Below are positions 7,127 to 15,126 of a stretch of DNA of 16,199 nucleotides, piece by piece. Numbering within the stretch: the stretch's first letter is position 1; each line of letters opens with the position of its first letter. Under the pieces are notes generated by a model, which did no database searches, was not told the DNA's origin, and worked only from the letters and a program-made list of their open reading frames with translations. Source of the DNA: Candidatus Helarchaeota archaeon (GTDB taxonomy: Archaea; Asgardarchaeota; Lokiarchaeia; Helarchaeales; RDOG01); NCBI GenBank assembly GCA_029838215.1, contig JALGVI010000065.1, forward strand, positions 1 to 16,199. The letters are read 5' to 3'. The position numbers and the translations under genes are program-made.

Positions 7127-8338
7127 ATGTATCAATCGATATTACCTCAGGTTAATATTTTTCAACAAAATATCGAACCGCTTTCTTTACCGGACTTTTC
7201 GGAATTACGGGCGCGGTTGCGAGCTTGTTGTCCCACGAAATTGGTTCGTGAATGTTCACGTGGTTCGGATACCACGACCTTGGAACTCCATCCTGCTCGA
7301 CCCAAAGAGGCAAGAGAAGTGATGAAACTTTACGAAATCATTTACGAAGGGACTTACCCATATCATGAAGTTTTTGACCATAAATGGCTCATCCAACAGA
7401 TGAATCATCCTGACAATGTGTTTTTCACAATAGTCGATCATTCGACAGGCAAGGTAGTAGGGACGACTCTATTTCAGATGAATCTTTATCATCAACGAGC
7501 ATATGGACGGGGAGGTCTAATTCACCCCGACTACATGGGATACGGTCTTGGGAGTGCACTCCTCGGAAAGGCATACGAAAAGATCATATTTCATTCTCGT
7601 GATTTTATCAAGATTTACTTCACGGAAGGGCGGACTGCTCATGTCAAAATACAAAAGATCTCGGAAAATAATGGATGCAAGCCCATTGGATTTTTTATCA
7701 ATAAGGACCTATACTATAATGAGAGAGAGACGGATATCTTACTTGCCATGATGTCAGCAGACATTCTGCGATCTAGGAGACAAAATCCACAAATACATCC
7801 CACTTTCAAGTCAATGTATGAAGTTATTCGACGATTTTTCAGATTAGAAACTGCGAAATACATGGATATCCCTGTTTCATCTAAAATGGACACTTACAAT
7901 GACATGTTTGAGGCGCGCAAGGACTCCAGTGGGTACATCCACGTGAATTTCAAAATAATGCCGCGTTCATTCCTGCAGTTTAAAATAAACACGAATACCA
8001 AGGTCGCGGAGGATGCCTATTTTCAGGTGCAAGATCCGAGCGAATTTAGATATTTATTGAATGAGGCCATCTCGTTCTTTCGAAAAGCCGACGTGCAATA
8101 TTTTGAAATATACATGCCTGTAACTCAACCGGAATATCAGGCCATTGCTGCCCAACTTGGTTTTATCGCCACGGGTTATTTTCCGGGTTGGCAACGTGTG
8201 GGAAACGAACGAATCGATCATTTAATTCTCACGTGGCTTGCACCCAATCATGACATTGATACGAGTAAAGCGGTTCTCACGCGCTATGGAAGCCGAATTA
8301 GAGATGCCGTTTTACAACAAATCAAAATGAGTGATTAA
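7127..8338 (+). CDS. GNAT-family N-acetyltransferase, probably with tandem GNAT folds
   Basis: Acetyl-CoA motif A IHPDYMGYGLGSALL, N-terminal YEGTYPY, GCKPIGFF. A second degenerate GNAT end is seen in YFEIYMPVTQPEYQAIAAQLGFIATGYFPGW. GGAG upstream. Confidence 0.85.
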   Translation: MYQSILPQVNIFQQNIEPLSLPDFSELRARLRACCPTKLVRECSRGSDTTTLELHPARPKEAREVMKLYEIIYEGTYPYHEVFDHKWLIQQMNHPDNVFFTIVDHSTGKVVGTTLFQMNLYHQRAYGRGGLIHPDYMGYGLGSALLGKAYEKIIFHSRDFIKIYFTEGRTAHVKIQKISENNGCKPIGFFINKDLYYNERETDILLAMMSADILRSRRQNPQIHPTFKSMYEVIRRFFRLETAKYMDIPVSSKMDTYNDMFEARKDSSGYIHVNFKIMPRSFLQFKINTNTKVAEDAYFQVQDPSEFRYLLNEAISFFRKADVQYFEIYMPVTQPEYQAIAAQLGFIATGYFPGWQRVGNERIDHLILTWLAPNHDIDTSKAVLTRYGSRIRDAVLQQIKMSD

Positions 8339-8408
8339 TCAGTTTTTTCCCCTTATTTAGAAAAATACGCTAAATTCCTGTGCTTAAAGTAACTGCGGAG
8401 TATAGAAA

Positions 8409-9113
8409 ATGACCGTTGGAAGACATATTAGCCCAAATCCAGAATTCCTTCCTCAAGAAATTCTTGAAAAAGAACTGGATAAATGGATTAACAATCATAA
8501 CTCAGAAACAATTTTGACCATTGTCGATAAGATCATTGGACAACAAAATAATATCAGGGAAATTTTAGAAGAATTGAAAAAAAAGCAATGCAGTTTCACG
8601 GAATTAAAAAAAGAATTGAATTTAAATTCTAAGATTTTAGCACAAAAATTACGCCGATTGAAAGATTACGGACACGTTGAGAAAAGGGCAGGACGAAGAG
8701 GACAATATTCGATTACTTGCTTGGGTGAATTGTTATTAAATTGGATAAATGAAACGAAAGTGAAAGACATCAATCAAAAACATCATCGGGGTCGAAGAAT
8801 TTCATTAAAAAAATATGAACTCCACGTTACCATTCGTCAAAAAAGGATGATTCAGAGACAAATTCGATGCTACATCAAAGAGCTAAAATTAGGGTGCAGG
8901 AACAAGTACCTAATTGAATTCTTTTATGTTCTGATGAAGAACTTGGAACGATCTCAAACACTTTCAAGTTTAAAACAAGCATATCGAGAGGCTTTGATTT
9001 ATATTTCTTCAATATTACACGAAATAGATGCCTATCGAGAAAATCTAGTACCCGTATTAAATGAATTATCAAGTTTATTTGGATTGAATCTTGATGAATT
9101 AAATCAAGATTAA
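8409..9113 (+). CDS. Winged-helix (HxlR/ArsR-like) DNA-binding protein with a C-terminal helical extension
   Basis: IREILEELKKKQCSFTELKKELNLNSKILAQKLRRLKDYGHVEK...YSITCLGELL is a typical wHTH pattern (SFTEL...L...L..L...G.V.K...Y.IT..G). Confidence 0.85.
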   Translation: MTVGRHISPNPEFLPQEILEKELDKWINNHNSETILTIVDKIIGQQNNIREILEELKKKQCSFTELKKELNLNSKILAQKLRRLKDYGHVEKRAGRRGQYSITCLGELLLNWINETKVKDINQKHHRGRRISLKKYELHVTIRQKRMIQRQIRCYIKELKLGCRNKYLIEFFYVLMKNLERSQTLSSLKQAYREALIYISSILHEIDAYRENLVPVLNELSSLFGLNLDELNQD

Positions 9114-9249
9114 TTCCTCAAGGTATTATTTTATATAGCAGAAGATTTAATCGTGTTTTAAATTCAATTTTGATGACACTTATTGTCTTCCTTGAAGTTA
9201 AAATTTAAAATGCGAGATGCGGATAAAAACATGCCTTTGAGGTAAAAAA

Positions 9250-10473
9250 ATGAAGAGTTCTCGAGCAGGTTATTTATTTTTTGGTATATATTTTGTTGAA
9301 GCAATGGTAGGATACGTCACGTTAACAATTCTTTCCTATTACCTGAATAACGTTTTATTGATCAATCCCATTATCATCGGCATTCTCGGGAGCGTGAGTC
9401 TACTGCCGATGGTCCTGAAGGTCTTCTTGGGACCGTTCATGGACAGGTTTAAAATACCGGGATTGTCGGGTCGGAGACGACCTTACATTCTCATCGGAAC
9501 GATCTTGAATGCAGTTTTCGTCTCATTATTTTTTCTACCGCAATTGATCGTCTTTCCGAATGCTTTTATCTGGGTCTTGGTTGTTTTTGTAATTATTTGG
9601 TTCTTGCAAAGCCTCGGCATCACGTTGATGGATGTTGGCGTGGATGCAATTGGAACGATGTACAAGCAGCAAAAATCATCTATAAAAATATCCGTTCTGA
9701 TGTTTCTCGGCACGACCGCAGGAGGAATGATACCCACGATTTTCCTGACACCGATTTTCATGATCAGTTACCCGCTGGGTTTCATTATCACGGGAATGTT
9801 ATCTTTACTCGGCTTATTTTTCGTCCAAATTTTTCGTGAAGACGAACTCGGGCTTGATGTCGTGCCGGCATTCAACTTACAAGCCGTCAAGACAGAGTTT
9901 CGCAAGACTCCTGTTATCTTCGCCTTAATACTTGCCTTTTTCCTGTTATTTGATAAGGGATTGTTTGAATTCACGTTAGAACGGTTCGTGTTCATCGCAT
10001 ACGGTCTGACATTAGGGGATTTGGCCCTGATAAATCTAACAATAATGTTCGGAGCCATCGGTGGAATGATTTTCGGATATTTTTTCATGAAAAAAATAAA
10101 AAACAAGATCGTTTTATTCGTGACCGCCGCGTCATTTTTCGTTCCCGAACTCATATGGGCAACGCTCCTGCCTCTGGGACTTTTGTCATTTCCAATATTT
10201 TACGTCACGTCGATAATTTCAGCCGTGGGTTCTGCCCTGTATACCATGGCTTACATGGCTCTTTATTTGGACCTTTCAAATCCCAAGATCGGTGCAACGA
10301 TGATCGCGGTATTTTTAGCCGTTGCAAACCTGGGACAGGTCGTTGCAATTTTCATCTCCGGATTCTTCCCATTAATTGTCATATTCATCATGGCTGCAAT
10401 TTTTTCGGGCGTACGACTTGTACCGCTGGCAGTCATACCGGACCGGAATCAAACGGAGGATTCGGTTGAATAA
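9250..10473 (+). CDS. Major facilitator superfamily transporter (AmpG/BT1-like)
   Basis: About 12 hydrophobic segments. LKVFLGPFMDRF, GRRRPYIL, DVGVDAI, YLDLSNPKIGAT, AVANLG. GAGGT RBS at 9239-9243. Confidence 0.92.
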   Translation: MKSSRAGYLFFGIYFVEAMVGYVTLTILSYYLNNVLLINPIIIGILGSVSLLPMVLKVFLGPFMDRFKIPGLSGRRRPYILIGTILNAVFVSLFFLPQLIVFPNAFIWVLVVFVIIWFLQSLGITLMDVGVDAIGTMYKQQKSSIKISVLMFLGTTAGGMIPTIFLTPIFMISYPLGFIITGMLSLLGLFFVQIFREDELGLDVVPAFNLQAVKTEFRKTPVIFALILAFFLLFDKGLFEFTLERFVFIAYGLTLGDLALINLTIMFGAIGGMIFGYFFMKKIKNKIVLFVTAASFFVPELIWATLLPLGLLSFPIFYVTSIISAVGSALYTMAYMALYLDLSNPKIGATMIAVFLAVANLGQVVAIFISGFFPLIVIFIMAAIFSGVRLVPLAVIPDRNQTEDSVE

Positions 10474-10505
10474 ATCGCCCATTCGTTAACATATAGACCG
10501 GTATC

Positions 10506-10513
10506 TTTTTTTT
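10506..10513 (+). terminator. Archaeal-type oligo-T terminator candidate after the MFS gene
   Basis: T8 tract about 30 nt after the TAA at 10473. Confidence 0.4.
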
Positions 10514-10747
10514 CATGATAAGCAAGAAGAAATGAGAGATGAATGAATGCAAAGACTTATTTCTTTTCTAATTTAGGGGAAAAAAAGGACATATAAAAAC
10601 ACCATAATGCATGAAAGGAAAACGAAATAGATAAAAGAAAGTGAAATGACGAGTAGCAATTTCATGATGAATAATAATTCTCCAAAACTTAATTAAAGCA
10701 AAGCGATACATTGATGTGATTGGCAGGAGCTGACTTGAGGTTTCTTA

Positions 10748-12571
10748 ATGGATGCTAAAAATTTTTGGCAACGTGTTAGAAGCGCCCAAAAGGATTGGCA
10801 AAAAGATGCAATTCAATTACAGAAAAAGCAAGAAAGTCGAATGAAAAAACTTGCTTTGGGGCGGTCGCAAAATTTACGAGTAAAACGCTCGAAGCCGGTC
10901 TCAACTTCACGAGTAATTTTTCCTCAAAACGCACAAGAGCTTGAGAAAGTATTAGATGATGTTTTAAATCTCACACCTTTAAAGGCGATCTCATATCAAG
11001 AGGACGGAACAAAATCGCCCGAAGAACTTCTGGAAGTAATAAAAGAACATTATTTGCCCGAACGCATGGAAGGACCTCTCCCATATGATCTAAAACACGT
11101 TTTGGCACTATTAATTTTGGGATATTTGGCATCTGGAGACCTGAAAAACGAATTTCGACAAAAAATTGTTGAAGAAACGAATTTTCGCGTTTGGGATGAA
11201 GGAGAACTCAAACTTTTCTCGTCAGAAATCACGCGTAAATATAAATATTGGTGGCATCTTACCGAAGAAGACGGAAGGTATTACACGCGCCAGGGAATAA
11301 TACATCCCTGGACATTTCTATGGTTACTTGTCCAGCCACCCGATGTCCTATCTCATTTCCTAATGAAATTGCAGGTCTTCGTAAAAAAAATCAACCACGA
11401 AGACTTTATTACGATTTCAAATCCCATAATCCTCATATCGGCTTCTATCAAGCGTCTCAATTTCACACCTCTGGATCTCATATTTTTCAAGAAATTATCG
11501 GAATATTTTCCTCAAACTACAAGAGATAGCTTGTCCTACTATAAAACACCTCGCTCAATATTTAACGCCGAGAAAATTCGAGACATATTAGATACAATTG
11601 CAAAGGAAATCAATGTTTCTTTTGCGTCCGATGCAAAACCAGAAAGTTTCATTCCCAGACTTAAAAAAATTCAAAGATATTTTGGCATAATTTATTTTTA
11701 CCTGATCCCATTACAAGTAATAGATCGTAAAACTCTAATCGTGCAATTTGAAGAACTTGGTGTTTTATCAAATTTTCACATAAATCTTCCACATAACGTC
11801 TTAATGGATCAAAATGAACTTCAATTCAGTCCTCCAAATCGTCATGTTGGCATGTTACTCAAGGAATTCCGTAAAAGAAGTTCAATTAAAGATGTTTTTG
11901 AGTTGAGTTACATTATCCTGCCTTTTCATTCGCTTGAAATGTATGACATGGCATTGCAAGGTTGGAAAATGAATTCCGAGTTGCTACATGGAGCTTTAAT
12001 GAAGGCAGAATCAAAAATTGAAAGTTCACATCGGAAATTAATTACTCCGAGAATTAATGCATCTCCCATGCTGGATCGTGACTACATTAATCTCTACTTT
12101 TACCGAACAAGTTTTTTCCAAATGGGTCCAGATACTCGACTAAGAGAGAACCTTGGTTTATCGGTTCGAAAATTCTATCAAATGGATGAAGATTTGAGGC
12201 GTAGCGCGCCTTACGGAATCTTACCTTTGATTCAGAAACTTCAAACCTTTGAAAGCGGACACATATATATTGAAGGTGACCAGGAATGGCACTTGGATTT
12301 TTTATACCAAATCACGAAATACATTCCTACAAAATTTTACGTTGTGGCTAAGGGAAAGAAGTCCACACGCTGTTATTGCTTTTTTTTCGCACCAAGAGGA
12401 ATGACTCTTCAATGGGGGAAATTTTACAAGAGCACGCTTCCAGAATATTATCCTGAGTTAAATTTCTGGTTCGAAAATAAACCCATTTCCCAACATTATG
12501 GAATGGGTAATTCAAATCAATGGGACATCGAACAGGGTTATTGGCGTGATGATTATAAAATAAGATTTTAA
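10748..12571 (+). CDS. Hypothetical protein: unknown N-terminal region plus two divergent Lrp/AsnC-like (wHTH plus alpha/beta) units
   Basis: GAGGT RBS at 10737-10741. HTH-like segments FTPLDLIFFKKL...IAKEINVS...RLKKIQRYFGIIYFY and LDRDYINLY...LRENLGLSVRKFYQMDEDL. Each unit ends in a similar motif (YDMALQGW at 11942-11965; WDIEQGYW at 12521-12544). Confidence 0.6.
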   Translation: MDAKNFWQRVRSAQKDWQKDAIQLQKKQESRMKKLALGRSQNLRVKRSKPVSTSRVIFPQNAQELEKVLDDVLNLTPLKAISYQEDGTKSPEELLEVIKEHYLPERMEGPLPYDLKHVLALLILGYLASGDLKNEFRQKIVEETNFRVWDEGELKLFSSEITRKYKYWWHLTEEDGRYYTRQGIIHPWTFLWLLVQPPDVLSHFLMKLQVFVKKINHEDFITISNPIILISASIKRLNFTPLDLIFFKKLSEYFPQTTRDSLSYYKTPRSIFNAEKIRDILDTIAKEINVSFASDAKPESFIPRLKKIQRYFGIIYFYLIPLQVIDRKTLIVQFEELGVLSNFHINLPHNVLMDQNELQFSPPNRHVGMLLKEFRKRSSIKDVFELSYIILPFHSLEMYDMALQGWKMNSELLHGALMKAESKIESSHRKLITPRINASPMLDRDYINLYFYRTSFFQMGPDTRLRENLGLSVRKFYQMDEDLRRSAPYGILPLIQKLQTFESGHIYIEGDQEWHLDFLYQITKYIPTKFYVVAKGKKSTRCYCFFFAPRGMTLQWGKFYKSTLPEYYPELNFWFENKPISQHYGMGNSNQWDIEQGYWRDDYKIRF

Positions 12572-12599
12572 TAAGAATAAATTCTCAGGACGAAAAATA

Positions 12600-13574
12600 A
12601 TGAACCTGACCGATCTTGAAATGGAATACATAAAATTCGTCATTAAAAAGCCTGCCTATTTCACGCGTGAATCTTTAGGGTTTTTAGAAGGGACCAGTTT
12701 TGAACATTTACTTGAGAGCTACGAATTAGATGCTTTAAGCCTTAATGAAATGTTCCGGACGCTTCTTAATCGTGATCTTTTTAAATATGAGCTCGCATTT
12801 AACGGAGAAGTTTTTGGACTTCAGCGATATTTTTATTTTATTGACAAACCACAAATCATCCCCAGTCCTTTTTTGATTAGACGCGTTGGTCTATATCCTG
12901 TTTATTTGAATGAATTCTTTCTTCCAAATGATAAGAGAGTTATAACAGAGCTTCGAAAAATATTGACTCAGGAGTTCCGGTCTCAGGTTTCATTGATTCC
13001 CGTCATTCCAATGGTATTTCTGCGCGACGGTAAGTGGAGTCGAATATATTACGAGCCTTCACAACTTGAGAAACCAGAAATTGAATTATTACGAGATCTC
13101 GGATTATGGGCTTCGGATTCACCGCGAGAAATAAACATGACACAATTCAAAGCATCGGGAACACTACAATTGTCCAAAGCATTGGCAAAAGAACTGGATG
13201 AAGTACTGAATAAAACTAAAGGCTCCATTGAATACAGGCTTTCCTTGTCACCTTTATTTGCAAGATTAAAGGAAGGCCGAGTTGTTGAAGAATTTATCGA
13301 CTTACATGGAGTAGCGCGCTATTTCTTGCGCATAAAAAGAACTTCCGAATCTCCCAAGAAAGTTATTTCAAGAGTATTGCAAAACTGTTTTTGTGCTGAA
13401 GCATACACGTCATCCGAAGAAATCTTTATCGACTTGAGAACATTTCATTCCGACCAATTTTACACGCTTGCAGCAACAAATAACCTTCCATATGAATTTT
13501 CAAGCATTCAAGTTGTAAGCGAATTTTGGCCTTGTAACTTCCATCAAGGAATGCAAAAATTAGGAATAAAATAG
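12600..13574 (+). CDS. Hypothetical protein made of two divergent Lrp/AsnC-like units
   Basis: Unit 1: LTDLEMEYIKFV...SLNEMFRTLLNRDLFKYELAFNGEVFGLQRYFYFID. Unit 2: LEKPEIELLRDL...ALAKEL...LFARLKEGRVVEEFIDLHGVARYFLRIK. Lies 28 nt after the previous stop. Confidence 0.6.
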   Translation: MNLTDLEMEYIKFVIKKPAYFTRESLGFLEGTSFEHLLESYELDALSLNEMFRTLLNRDLFKYELAFNGEVFGLQRYFYFIDKPQIIPSPFLIRRVGLYPVYLNEFFLPNDKRVITELRKILTQEFRSQVSLIPVIPMVFLRDGKWSRIYYEPSQLEKPEIELLRDLGLWASDSPREINMTQFKASGTLQLSKALAKELDEVLNKTKGSIEYRLSLSPLFARLKEGRVVEEFIDLHGVARYFLRIKRTSESPKKVISRVLQNCFCAEAYTSSEEIFIDLRTFHSDQFYTLAATNNLPYEFSSIQVVSEFWPCNFHQGMQKLGIK

Positions 13575-13581
13575 AAGAAGT

Positions 13582-13597
13582 TGTGAAGTTTTTCACA
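13582..13597. terminator. Short hairpin between convergent stops, possibly a bidirectional terminator
   Basis: TGTGAA-GTTT-TTCACA (6-bp stem, 4-nt loop) in the 23-nt gap between stops at 13574 and 13598, with T-rich tails on both strands. Confidence 0.4.
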
Positions 13598-14287
13598 CTA
13601 TTTTTTGGGTACTTCCGAAAGATTATAAGCTAAATTGACTGAAAAACTTTTTTCTGCAGGTTTTATAGAACCTTTACGGCTGATGTTAAGCTGTAGCGTC
13701 TCATGAAAAGTCGAAAGATATGCATTTTCAAGGAAATAGGAAAAACCCTTTTGAACTTTACTAATTTGGTCATCCCATAGCGAGAGAAGGATGCAGCCCG
13801 TTTCATCTCCAACAAGTGCGTTCATTACCAGATGCTTGGTATTGTCTCGCTTGACCAATACAGAACGAGATGGAGGAGTTTCAACAATTTTGACGAGCAA
13901 CGTCAGGTTAAATCGTTGCCTCAATGTTGCCAGATCTGCGATTTTTATGATGGAGGGCAAAGAGTCTAACAATTTAGAATTCTGAGATGTTGTTTTGGAG
14001 ATATAGCCGAATCTACCGACATTCAGGAAAAGTTCTCCTTTATACTGATTTAAATATCCGTTTTTAACGTCGTATTCGTTTCCAACTTGAATTTCTTCGG
14101 CTTGTTCATCCCACAATTGTAAATTAATTGTTCCTGTTTCGTCCGCCGCTTCAAACGTGCAAACACGATGTTCTGAATTGTCTTTTTTAACGACAACTTT
14201 GCGATCGGTTATCTTTTTCAAGATTTTGCACTGAACGTTCACGTTGCGGGACTCATTCTTTAGTTGGTTTATTTTTAAATAAGACAT
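13598..14287 (-). CDS. Single-stranded DNA-binding protein (SSB/RPA-like) with two tandem OB folds
   Basis: Internal repeat: ADETGTINLQLWDEQ...KNGYLNQYKGELFLNVGRFG versus GDETGCILLSLWDDQ...ENAYLSTFHETLQLNISRKG. Both show the DETG-x(5)-W signature of crenarchaeal-SSB/RPA/hSSB1-type OB folds. GAGGTG RBS at 14301-14296. Confidence 0.92.
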   Translation of the reverse strand: MSYLKINQLKNESRNVNVQCKILKKITDRKVVVKKDNSEHRVCTFEAADETGTINLQLWDEQAEEIQVGNEYDVKNGYLNQYKGELFLNVGRFGYISKTTSQNSKLLDSLPSIIKIADLATLRQRFNLTLLVKIVETPPSRSVLVKRDNTKHLVMNALVGDETGCILLSLWDDQISKVQKGFSYFLENAYLSTFHETLQLNISRKGSIKPAEKSFSVNLAYNLSEVPKK

Positions 14288-14313
14288 TTTGTTTTCACCT
14301 CAATTTTCATGCT

Positions 14314-15105
14314 CTATTTAATTTTTTGAGCTTGTATTAAGAGAATTGGTTCATAATATAGACGATCAGGGTTGTCACACCATTCGAAGAAGGCACGTTT
14401 GTCACGTTCAAATTCCTGAATGGACCCAAAGAATTCTGGTGCCTTGAACGCCAATCTTTCGTAGAAACGTTCCCATTGCTCTCTAAAAGCAGGTGATGCA
14501 GGTCCAACTTCAGAAAAACAATGAACTTTTAAGGATTTCACTCGGAAGCCATCTTCACTAAGATGGAATGGCAAGTTACCTGCGATTTCAAAATTATATG
14601 GAATTTCTCGGAGTAGACACCGTCGAGATTCAACCCATCTTGAAAGCGGATAGATGTTGTATCCGTAATTATTTGATTCAACAAGAACCAAAGTGCCGTC
14701 ATTTTTCAATATCCGCCCAATTTCCTTCAAGTAGGAAGAGGGTGATGACTGAATGATGGCAAAGAAATTTCGCACGTAGATTACATCAAAATAATCTGAA
14801 GGGAAATTCGTGTGCTTGCCGTCCTGCACCGAGAATTCAACATTCTTTAGTGGCTTGACGTGCTGGCGGGCGTGTTTTATCATTTCGGGATTTATATCAA
14901 ATGCATGGATCTTCGTGGGCATCATTTTTGAAGCAATTTGTTTTGTAGAAATTCCTGGGCCACAAGCAAAATCCAATATTTTCATGTCTTGTCGGAAATT
15001 GAGAGAATTGATCTGGCATTCATAGATTTCTTGACAAAGCTCGATTTGATCCACCACTGTTTGAATTTCCATCTGTTCAAAAGAAGATTGTGAGATTTGT
15101 TTCAT
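14314..15105 (-). CDS. Class I SAM-dependent methyltransferase
   Basis: KILDFACGPG, IHAFDINPEMI, VQDGKHTNFPSDYFDVIY, LKEIGRILKNDGTLVLVE. AGGAG RBS at 15119-15115. Confidence 0.93.
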   Translation of the reverse strand: MKQISQSSFEQMEIQTVVDQIELCQEIYECQINSLNFRQDMKILDFACGPGISTKQIASKMMPTKIHAFDINPEMIKHARQHVKPLKNVEFSVQDGKHTNFPSDYFDVIYVRNFFAIIQSSPSSYLKEIGRILKNDGTLVLVESNNYGYNIYPLSRWVESRRCLLREIPYNFEIAGNLPFHLSEDGFRVKSLKVHCFSEVGPASPAFREQWERFYERLAFKAPEFFGSIQEFERDKRAFFEWCDNPDRLYYEPILLIQAQKIK

Positions 15106-15126
15106 TTATCGAGTCTCCTTTACGTG

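Noticed and set aside
7023-7322. 99-aa ORF overlapping the GNAT start in another frame
   Set aside because: It overlaps a well-supported gene by about 195 nt, has a TTG start without an RBS, and shows no motif.
9483-10469. ORFs of 80-128 aa within the MFS gene
   Set aside because: Shadow frames of a hydrophobic, somewhat more GC-rich gene.
10748-13574. Assignment as siroheme decarboxylase AhbA/AhbB or NirDLGH
   Set aside because: No HxYxR motif, the proteins are too long and divergent, and no heme-biosynthesis genes lie nearby. Kept only as a precedent for fold repurposing.
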